Both the position numbers and the translations under genes were made by a program. This document shows positions 28,392 to 37,841 of a stretch of 64,000 nucleotides of DNA, piece by piece. Under the pieces are notes generated by a model that had not been told where the DNA came from, did no database searches, and saw nothing but the letters and a program-made list of their open reading frames with translations. Each line of letters starts with the position of its first letter. Position 1 is the stretch's first letter. Source of the DNA: a virus; the IMG/VR virus record IMGVR_UViG_3300046318_000171, positions 1 through 64,000 of that record; one strand, 5' to 3'.

Positions 28392-29489
28392 ATGTGTGGT
28401 ATCGCAGGCTTTAGCCTAAGTAAGACCAGCAAGATAAAACCTCGACAGTTGTCGAACGCTTTGCTGGGTGCAATCGAGGACCGTGGCGGTATGGCTTCGG
28501 GCTTCGCTTGGCAAGACAATGAGCATATGGGGTTCTACAAAGCAGCCGTCACCGGCTCTACCCTGTCGCTCAAGACAATGCCAAAGGATGTGCGTAATGT
28601 TATCTTGCACACCCGCCTAGCCACTCACGGCTCAACCAATGACAACCGCAATAATCACCCAGTGCTCTCGCCTAACGAGGACATTGCGTTGGTTCACAAC
28701 GGAGTCATTTACAACCACAACCAAGTACGCAATCAGTTGGGTATGACACTGCCAGATGTAGATACAAGTGTTATCCCTGCAATCATTGAGCAGCGTGGGC
28801 TTGACTCTATCAACGAGTTGGATGGTGATGCCGCAATTGCGTGGTTCAACCGCAAGGAGCACAACACTATGCACCTTGCACGCTACAAGCACTCACCGCT
28901 AGTTATGGCTCAGGTAGAAGACGGGTCATTCATCTTCTGCTCAACCGAGCAGTTGCTATGGCGTGTGCTTGTCAGTATGGACCTAATGCCAACGTGGATG
29001 GAGACAGCCAGCGAGCTGGACTACTTCACCATCCGTGATGGCGTAGTGATGAGCAAGTCGATGTTGCCTGAACCTAAGTACAACGACTACTCGTACGACT
29101 ACTCGTACTTCCGCCACCAGACAGCCGGTGCCAAGCCAAAGACTATCGGGTCTTCGTTTGCGTACTACGACGAGTGGGACGACGACTACACCCCGTATTC
29201 GTTCAACGGTAAGAACACCGACCGTGATGACGAGTTCGACAATGACGACGACTATGCCGAAGACGACTTCAACACTGACAATGTTGTGCCGCTCAATCGT
29301 GCAAAGTTCTACACCGTCATCTACGACACCATCATCAAAGACCACGAGTACATCTACTACTACGGCGACGAAGAGAAGACGTGGAAAGACGAGTTGTTCA
29401 TCTGGGCTAACGAGAACTACATCAAGTTAGTTGACTACGGAGTAATCGACAAGGGTGAGTTGCTCTCAACCACTGACGAGTTGTTCTAG
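28392..29489 (+). CDS. Class II (Ntn) glutamine amidotransferase with acidic tail
   Basis: N-terminal MCGIAG, 'HTRLATHG', 'NHP', 'HNGVI', 'VDT'. Confidence 0.9.
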   Translation: MCGIAGFSLSKTSKIKPRQLSNALLGAIEDRGGMASGFAWQDNEHMGFYKAAVTGSTLSLKTMPKDVRNVILHTRLATHGSTNDNRNNHPVLSPNEDIALVHNGVIYNHNQVRNQLGMTLPDVDTSVIPAIIEQRGLDSINELDGDAAIAWFNRKEHNTMHLARYKHSPLVMAQVEDGSFIFCSTEQLLWRVLVSMDLMPTWMETASELDYFTIRDGVVMSKSMLPEPKYNDYSYDYSYFRHQTAGAKPKTIGSSFAYYDEWDDDYTPYSFNGKNTDRDDEFDNDDDYAEDDFNTDNVVPLNRAKFYTVIYDTIIKDHEYIYYYGDEEKTWKDELFIWANENYIKLVDYGVIDKGELLSTTDELF

Positions 29490-29565
29490 TTGCAATGTCG
29501 GGCAGGTGCTTGTGCGTGAGTGCCTGCCCGACACAAACATACACGCACACGATAAGGAGATACAA

Positions 29566-29967
29566 ATGGAACAAACCACAGTAGCAGGCTTAGTAGCCAC
29601 TACACCAAGACACCTAGTCACACAAGACGGGTTGCCAATCACCTCGTTTCGTATGGCAGTACCAACACGCCGTTTCGACAGAACCACGAGCAAGTGGGTA
29701 GATGGCGAAACTAACTGGTACACAATCACAGCGTTCCGCCAACTAGCAATCAACCTTGTAGGCTCAATCAGCAAGGGTGAGCGTGTGCTAGTGCAGGGTA
29801 ATTTGCGAGTGCGTGACTGGGACAACGGAGAGCGTGCCGGTACAAGCGTCGAAATTGAAGCGTTGTCAGTAGGACACGACCTGAACTGGGGCACAGCAGT
29901 GTTCACCCGCACCGTGCTAACGCAGGATGTAGACCCAGCCGCACAAGAACCACCATACGAGTACTAA
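29566..29967 (+). CDS. ssb: Single-stranded DNA-binding protein (bacterial OB type)
   Basis: 'GLVATTPRH', 'RRFDR', 'GETNWYTITAFRQLA', 'KGERV', 'GHDL'; ATG at 29566 after AAGGAG. Confidence 0.9.
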   Translation: MEQTTVAGLVATTPRHLVTQDGLPITSFRMAVPTRRFDRTTSKWVDGETNWYTITAFRQLAINLVGSISKGERVLVQGNLRVRDWDNGERAGTSVEIEALSVGHDLNWGTAVFTRTVLTQDVDPAAQEPPYEY

Positions 29968-29978
29968 GGAGAAAACAA

Positions 29979-32900
29979 ATGACTGATTTTGTGTGCAACA
30001 ACTGTTCCTACGAATGTGATTGGGTAAACGAGCAGTATCTATGCCAGACCTGTCTCAATGCTTACAGGTCAGGAGTGATAGAAACACGCTCCAACATTCG
30101 TTGGCAGTCCACACTCACACGAGAGATGGTTGACCATCTTCCTTGGGATGTGTGGTCAAGCCTAGAAGACGAACTCAACGAAGCAGTCGCAGAGTTGTGT
30201 GCGAAATACGGCGTAAGCGGAGACGATTACGGCGACGAAACAATCCAGATACTAGAAATAAAGGAGAACAAGTAATGACCCCGTTTGAAAAGTACCAAGA
30301 AGCAATCCTAAAACAGTTCAACGCTTTCTTGCGGTCAGGTAATCGAGAGCCGGTAGACAAGTACGATGTGTACTTCCAGTCGTACCTAATCGGTTCGATG
30401 TCTGCTTTGGTTAGCGACGAGAAGTACGAACAGCACACGGCATTTGCCCTAAGTGAATTGGAGAACAAGTAATGAGCAAAATCGTTTACTTCGTAGTAGG
30501 CGTAGACCTTGAAGCCAAGTCTGCGTTCATTGACGACGACACTTTCCTTGCCAGATTCGACAAGGAAGAAGCCGTCTTCGACGACTCAACAGGTAAGTGG
30601 TCGGCAGACGACGACCTAGTGCTTTACAAAGAAGCACTAGAAATCCTCAACAACACACCAATAGCAAAGGACGGAAACTAATGACACTCGAAGAACTAGA
30701 AAGAGCAATCACCCGCTGGGGCGACATCACCTACCTAGGCGTGTACACACTACGCAAAGATGGTGCGTTCATCAAGATGGTAGTCAATGGTGCATCTAAG
30801 CAAGACATCGAAGATTACCTGCGAGATGAATACCCTGACCACTTCGAAGAAGAGGACTGGGAAGACGAAGAGGAAGAAAGTGAGTAGACCAACTATTCGC
30901 CTAGCCAACGACCTTGAAGCAGAAATCCTGCTTGGGTATGTTGCTGAGTTGCTAGATGACGATAACGATGTAGTCACTGGGTTTGCCAGAGTAATGCTAC
31001 TGAGAACCTATCGTCAACTAACCGAAGCACTAGAACTAGTAGACATAGGTGAATGCGACAACTGCGGACACCAATACGACACAAGTTCAAGAAATGACAG
31101 GTGCGGAGATTGCGGGCTATGCGGTGCGTGTTGCACTAGCGAGCCTGAGCACCAGCCAACACAAACACTCAAACCGCAATACGAGTACTAAGGAGAACAA
31201 ATAATGACAGTTGGAAGACTAATCAACCTGTTGCAAACCCTGAACGAAGACGAGCCAATCGTGTTTCAGTTCTTGATTGCCGAGCACGTCAATTACTCAG
31301 CAGAAGACTTTGAACGTATCGCTGACTTCCTAAAGGACAGCGGCCCGTTTGGAGAGGACATAGCACGAGTTCTAAAAGAATGGTGCGGAGAAGCATTTGA
31401 CAACCTAGACGAGTGGGAAGAGGAGGACTAGATGTCTAAGCACTACATCAAGGTACTAGTAGAGTACTGGTACGAGAGCGACAACGACGAGTTTGAGTCG
31501 TCAAGTGCAGCCGAGGAGTTCGGTTGGAACATTGACGAGCTCAACTACGGAAGCGTTCAATCAATCACCGTTGAGGAACTACCTAACGATGAAGAGGAAG
31601 AAGAGGAGAACTAAATGGGAATCAAGTACTACGTGCCAATCAACCTAGACATTGAGGTTGAAGCAGACAACGCAGACAAAGCGTGGGAAGAAATCTACAC
31701 CAAAATCAATGGGCAAATCATTGACCTAGTAGAAAGCAACTTTGCTGGGGTGTCATTCGTTCTAGAAGTTGGCGAACCAGATGAGGTGCGTGACTAATGG
31801 AAATCAAAATCGATGACACATCATGGAAGACCTTGTTCTATTCTCTCATGGAAGCAATTGAAGACAACGAAGACCTGATTGACTTGTACGAAGTGTTCGA
31901 ACAAGCAGGAGCAGAACTCGACGCAGATGAGGAGGACGAGTAATGGCAAATCACACACACCTAGTCGTGGCATACGACCACGACACCAAGCAGTTCTGGT
32001 TCGATGGCGATGGTTCACGAGAGTGGATTCGCCGTCTGTTCACTCCTGAGACCAACACTTGGTCTGATGAGCAGGAAGAGTACATCGCTATCCCTGCCGA
32101 GCAGGAGCAAAAGGCAATCAACGCACTTGGAGCACTTGGTATCGACATTACTAACGATAGTGCACTGGTCTGGCAGGAGCAGGGATGAGCAATGCCAACA
32201 CAAACAAGGAGCATCAAATGGAATATGCAGTAGCAGTAGAGCGGGAACGTATCCTGCAAATACTAGAAATGAAATTGTCATCAATGATTGACAATGACCA
32301 ATGGTCAATGACCCGTAACGAGTTCAACGACCTAATCGATTACATTGCCAATGTAAAGGAGGATAACTAATGCAGGACACCTACATCCTAGACAAAATCA
32401 TTGAGTACCTGGAGAACGGCGGGATACTCACCAAAGAAAACTATGAAACGTTCATCATTGAGTGCTAAGGAGAAAAAAAATGATTAAGTATCAAGAACTA
32501 GGCTACAAATCGTACGTTACTGGTGACGGACACAGCGGTGTTGAGAGCGTAGTTGTATTCGACCCCGACGAGTTGTACGACCAGTACCCACAAGTGTGGG
32601 ACATCATTGAGAACATTGCAGATTATTTCAAGTATGACTTCGTGGTTGCTTTCCTAGAGCAGGACATGGAAGTACTGGAAGAAGCCGCAGCAGAGCACGG
32701 ATTCGACATCTCGGTAGTTACAGACAAGGAGAACTAATGACTAAGAAACAATTACTAAAATTCGCAAACGAACTGAGCGACACCGAAGAGACTGTAATTT
32801 TTGCTTACACAAAGTTCGACATTGACTACGAACGAGAGTACGATAACTTGCCACCGCTTACAGACGAGCAATGGGAAAAGTTCCGTTACTGGATGAACAA

Positions 32901-35073
32901 GTATGTCGATGTATCTAACGACTATCAAGACGCTTTACACTACGCACTAAAGGAAGGCTAGAAATGACTGAAGTAGCACTAAACCTGTGGGACGCTGACT
33001 TATACGGCGATGGCAGTGGCGGTAGAGGTATCAAACTTACCGCTTATCAAATAGACGAAGACCTTGCTGTAAATTCGGCTGTGTTCATTAGCGTCAACTT
33101 GACTAAGGATGACCTACCTAAGCGGTATGTTGTAGACGACGAGTGGGCTTACCCGGGCAGTAAGAAGTTCACTAAGTGGATGCAGCTGTTTATCGCTAAG
33201 CAGTTAGAAAGGAAAACAAAGTGAGTGAGTTCAAAGTAAAGGTAGAACGCCACTACTCGTACGAAGTAGTCGTTGCCGCAGATAGTGCGGAACAGGCTAG
33301 GGAGTTAGTACGTGACTATGAAATCGAAGACCTGGAGTCATTTGAAACAGACGCCTGGTTTGACTTCAGTTTTGCAGAGGAGGTAAAGTAATGACAATTG
33401 AACACGAGTACGAAGTACGTTTCATTTTGGAACTATCCAACATCATCACGCTGGCTATTACCGCAGAAGAAGATGAAGAAGCAGCAATTGCACAAGCCGA
33501 AGACCGCTTAGCACTTGACGGCATCGATATCCAAAGTTTGGATGTGCTTGAAGTAACCGCAAAGAAAACAGGAGAGTACCACTAATGACAGACACATCAA
33601 CCTACACAGACGGTGAAGTACTAGACGCTATCTATGACTTCATTGGTAACGGAGGAACACTAGGGCCGGATAACTTTGACGAGTTCATGGCTACCTTTGA
33701 GGAGGAAACAGATGGAAGCAAATAAGATGATGCACTACCAGTTCGTCAGTGATTACGCAGTAATCAAATTTACTGTGCCTGGTCGAACTGAATGGTCAGA
33801 GGAAGAGTGGGATTCAGCCGCAGACTCTGACCTAGTATCATACGTACACAACCCAGAGCAGTACTACATGGATGACTGCTGGGAACTAGAGGAGGAAACA
33901 AATGAATAATACCGGAACAATAGCAGGACTAACTGCTGACCTCAAAATCCTTCGTGCAGCGTATGCAAAAAGGAACTTGTGGTCTGAGGCTAGGGTAGTA
34001 GATTTGATTCTAAACAAAATCGTTGCCCCTTACGCAGAGGATGAGGAAACAAATGAGTGAACCACAGGGCTACACACAGGCAGTTGTTGACATTTTGAAC
34101 TCACAGCTTGGGCAGTCAATTACTCAAGCGTTCACGGCTGGTGAAGAACACGAGCGTAAACGCATCATCAGTTTGCTTAGTCACTTGCACGACGAGTATA
34201 CTGACGACTACGGCTACACCATGGAATCCATGGCAATCTCTAACGCCATTGACCGTATCAAAGGAATCACAAAATGAGTAAGCACAAACGTCAGTTGTCT
34301 GTACTAGGATGGGTAATCTACTTCCTAGGAAGAACAATCAAAGTACTACTACACCTACAGAGCTCGATAATGATGGCTCAGGAACGGAGAAAAAAATAAT
34401 GGATGAAGAAAGATACCTGTCCCCAGAGAGCATGATGAAAATGATTGACGCTCTGGCTGTCGAAGTAATCAGAGCCGGTGAAGCGGAGTCATACCTAATC
34501 AACAACGAACTACTCACCAACGAACAGGTGACCACGGTAATGAAGGCCAACACCTTCCTGACTGTGTTCGCTACGTTGTTGCTACGCATTGTTGAGCGAG
34601 AGAAACCTGAGTTCGCCAAAATGATTTTAGACATCTGGATAGACAGCCCAGTCAAGAACCTAGTACGCCTAGCCTTTGCTGAAGAGATTGAGGCAGCAGT
34701 TGCCCACATCGCTGACGGCATCAACGAACTAGAGCAGCTAATCAACCGCAAGGATGATTAGTGAAGGCTATCAACGGAACTAAAGTGTTCGGGTGGTGCA
34801 TGTTTCCTATGAGCGACGCCCAACACAAACTCTGTAAACTAACCAACATCAATGCCGACGGCACTACACGCACCTGTGAATGCCCCTGCCACAAGGAGAA
34901 AACAAATGAATAAAGACATCAAAGCACTGATAGATGGCTTAGCCGTTGGGCTAGGCTTTGTGGGTGTGACGGGCTTTGCAATAGACGCAAGCAAATGGCC
35001 CACACTATTCCTGCTTATCTCAATATCCATGGCACTACCAATCGCAACACGACTAAAGGAACACGATGAGTGA
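29979..35073 (+). other. Array of about 25 small, mostly acidic, translationally coupled hypothetical early genes
   Basis: Consecutive 30-130 aa ORFs, most with an AAGGAG/GGAG RBS and TAATG/ATGA/GTGA overlaps; several paralogous families. Confidence 0.7.
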
Positions 35074-35290
35074 TGAAAAAGAAATGCGCAAGATTCAAAA
35101 ACTAGCCGAGGCGCAGGGCTGGACAGTTACCAAAACCAGTAAGAACCACACCAAGTGGCTATCCCCACTAGGCGGCATGGTAATCAGTTCCGCTACCCCA
35201 TCTGACCGTAGGACCCTGACGCACCTTAAGCGTGACCTACGTGTCAACGGCTTCATTGACATCACCCGACAGAACAAGAGGAGGAAATAA
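35066..35290 (+). CDS. HicA-like toxin / mRNA interferase
   Basis: 'AEAQGWTV..T.KNH.KW..P.G..V...TPSD.R' pattern of actinophage HicA-like proteins. Confidence 0.65.
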   Translation: MSDEKEMRKIQKLAEAQGWTVTKTSKNHTKWLSPLGGMVISSATPSDRRTLTHLKRDLRVNGFIDITRQNKRRK

Positions 35291-35580
35291 TGGATGAACT
35301 AATAGACGACTCAGTCGACTTTACGCAAGCAAAGTGTGCGACTAAATCTGATGCTTGGGAAATCTTCTTCCCAGAAGGCAAGGAAGTACCAGCCAAGATT
35401 CGCTACGCTAAGGCCCTATGTGGTCAGTGCCCGGTTGCTATTGCCTGTCTTACCAAGGCTATGGGCATGGGTGCCGAACTACACGGTATCTGGGCCGGAA
35501 CTACTCAGATTGAACGCAACCGTATGCGCAAGGACTTGAACTTGCTTGAGCTTCACGTCAAGAGTTTGCCAACATCCTAA
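35290..35580 (+). CDS. whiB: WhiB family transcription factor
   Basis: C...'IFFP'...CxxC.....C...'GIWAG'. Confidence 0.88.
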   Translation: MDELIDDSVDFTQAKCATKSDAWEIFFPEGKEVPAKIRYAKALCGQCPVAIACLTKAMGMGAELHGIWAGTTQIERNRMRKDLNLLELHVKSLPTS

Positions 35581-35590
35581 TGGGTAAAAG

Positions 35591-35622
35591 AAAACCCCCC
35601 TGTGTAATAGCAGGGGGGTTTT
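35591..35622. terminator. Bidirectional intrinsic terminator between convergent blocks
   Basis: AAAACCCCCCTG-N8-CAGGGGGGTTTT. Confidence 0.8.
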
Positions 35623-35632
35623 CCACTAACGC

Positions 35633-37678
35633 TTATGCGTTGTCTTTAATCAACTTAATCTCACAAGCGTCTGTGGTGCAGTAAGCCTCGCCAATAGCGT
35701 CGATACCTAGTCCAGCATAGACTCCAGAGAAATCAATAGGGAACAACTGCTTTGAGTACTCATCATACACGTCCTCAGTAATCTGAGTGTACGGCATCTG
35801 AGGGTACGTGTCATTGCCCATAGGCAAGAACGACACAGTCTTCAACTGACCATCGTACATGTGCAGCGCAGTACCTACCGAGTCCGATTCCTTTTCAGCA
35901 TCAAAGGTTACAGTAACCGACACCGAGTTGTCTGACCAGTAACGCTGTGCCTGAGCAGCCAACGCCATCTTCTCGTAGATTGAAACTTCCTTCTCTGAAC
36001 GCTTAGCGTCAGACTTGATAGGGAAGAATACAACAGACGTAGTGTCTGGAGACTCTGACGCCGGTTCAATACGGTACTGAGCCATCTTAAACAACGCCAA
36101 CATAGGGTCGCTGTTCGAGAAACGAATAGCACGCAAGAAGAATTTACCACCCGCAGTCCAGTGAACACCTGGACTTTCGCCAGCCAAAATAGACACAGTG
36201 CCTGAAGGCTTAACCGTAGTCATCTTAATTGACTCACGGATACCTAGCCATTCACTGTACGTCTTGTCGTACTCCTTAACCACACCATAACCTTCATCCA
36301 TCCACTCACGTAGAGTCTGCATACCACGGTTGTCTGCGAAGTTAGCCACGCCACTGATTGATGTACCAATGCGGCGGTTGCGCTGCATAATTGCGTTGGT
36401 CTCTTCCCAGTGGGTAGGTAGCAAGGTCACAGTCTTTGCGTAGAGGTAAGCAAACTTGAGGGTACGCTTGAAGTCCTCTAGGCTGTCGTGACGGTTCAAG
36501 TAGGTCTCAACCAAGGTGCACATCTCAAAGCTTTCAAGGCTCTGCTCTGCACAAGGGTTGTAGCCAACTACACGGCGGTCCTTGTTGTTTACCGGGTCGG
36601 CAAGACGGCCATACTTACGGCTAACATCCATCCAGATAACTCCTGGCTCACCGTTACGAACAATTCCGTCAACAATTGGCGAGAAGTCAGTGCCAACACA
36701 AACATCAACGCTGTTGTTCGACATCCATGCCCAGCCTGGGTTGTTAGGGTCGTACGAGTTACGGTCAGGGAATACATCAGCGTTCTTAAGGTTCAAGAAG
36801 TCTGCGTCGTCAATACGGCCAATCAATAGCTCCGCTGAACGACGTACGTTACCTGAAACTACACAGACACCAATCATGTTGCCGATGTCTGCAATGTCCT
36901 TACGAGTTAGCTGCTCACCAGCACGGCCAATGAACATCTTGCGGATGTGTGCGTGCAAACGCTCCAACGGCTCACTACCTGCTGCGGTTCCACCAAAGGT
37001 CTTGATAGGAGCACCGTATGGGCGAATCTGTGAGTAATCAAACTCAATCAACTTCTGCTCTGGCTTTAGGAACGAGTTAATCAACGCTACGGTTGACTCC
37101 TGCCAGCCTTCACGAGTGTCTGGGATTTCGTAGCTAGATACGCCTGATGGCTCGTAAATCTCGAACCCCTTGTCCGCACCCTTGTCATCGAACCCTACAC
37201 CAACGCCTAGCATCGACGCTTCCATTAGGAAACCAAATGGCTTGGCTGGGTTGTTCTTGGTCATTTCGTTAGTTGAAACAAACGCACAGTTCTGTAGGGC
37301 TGCTGAATTCTTCTGGGTGTTAACAATGTCAGTGCCCATTACCCATAGGCCACGGCCCGGTGGAGTCCACTTCAAATTGAATAGGCGGTCAAACGCCTCT
37401 TTTGCTGATGCTGCCGCTTTTGCGTCGCTCCATGGAAGGCGGCTAGACTTAGCCCAGTCCTTCTGCAATGAATACATGCCGTTGATTACACGCTCACACA
37501 CTTCCGCCCAAGTTTCCTTGGTGTCGTCTTCTTTCTTACGGCTGTATGTTCTGAGGAATGTAATCTCGCCTACTGAGTTTCCTGCTACGTCTGCGTAACC
37601 AAACGGCGGCTTCTTGTCCTTGTAACCTGCGACGAACTCGCTCGCTAACTGGAATGAAAAATTAGTCATAACCACCAT
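35633..37678 (-). CDS. nrdJ: Class II (adenosylcobalamin-dependent) ribonucleotide reductase
   Basis: 'TPPGRGLW', 'LQNC', 'GNVRRSA', 'NPCAEQSL', 'TVKPSGT', C-terminal 'CTTDAC'. Confidence 0.93.
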   Translation of the reverse strand: MVVMTNFSFQLASEFVAGYKDKKPPFGYADVAGNSVGEITFLRTYSRKKEDDTKETWAEVCERVINGMYSLQKDWAKSSRLPWSDAKAAASAKEAFDRLFNLKWTPPGRGLWVMGTDIVNTQKNSAALQNCAFVSTNEMTKNNPAKPFGFLMEASMLGVGVGFDDKGADKGFEIYEPSGVSSYEIPDTREGWQESTVALINSFLKPEQKLIEFDYSQIRPYGAPIKTFGGTAAGSEPLERLHAHIRKMFIGRAGEQLTRKDIADIGNMIGVCVVSGNVRRSAELLIGRIDDADFLNLKNADVFPDRNSYDPNNPGWAWMSNNSVDVCVGTDFSPIVDGIVRNGEPGVIWMDVSRKYGRLADPVNNKDRRVVGYNPCAEQSLESFEMCTLVETYLNRHDSLEDFKRTLKFAYLYAKTVTLLPTHWEETNAIMQRNRRIGTSISGVANFADNRGMQTLREWMDEGYGVVKEYDKTYSEWLGIRESIKMTTVKPSGTVSILAGESPGVHWTAGGKFFLRAIRFSNSDPMLALFKMAQYRIEPASESPDTTSVVFFPIKSDAKRSEKEVSIYEKMALAAQAQRYWSDNSVSVTVTFDAEKESDSVGTALHMYDGQLKTVSFLPMGNDTYPQMPYTQITEDVYDEYSKQLFPIDFSGVYAGLGIDAIGEAYCTTDACEIKLIKDNA

Positions 37679-37841
37679 TTCTTGAATTGTCTGAATACCC
37701 CGATTGGGGGACTTCTATTGTCGGTGGTTTTACTCTACAGTGCTTCTACTAATTTGGTCAAGAACCAAAATACTTCACCCAGTTTTGAATGCCATGCTGT
37801 TCCAACACTCAATACCGCCTAATATCAGATAGCCCGTAAAC

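Noticed and set aside
32063-32110. Other CTGATGA/CTGACGA hammerhead cores (e.g. ~27112, 32064, 34201)
   Set aside because: Inside coding sequence, without a correctly placed GAAA and stems
35633-37678. Inteins or introns in nrdJ, polA, terminase or dnaB
   Set aside because: ORFs are continuous and of ordinary length, with no intein splice or homing-endonuclease motifs
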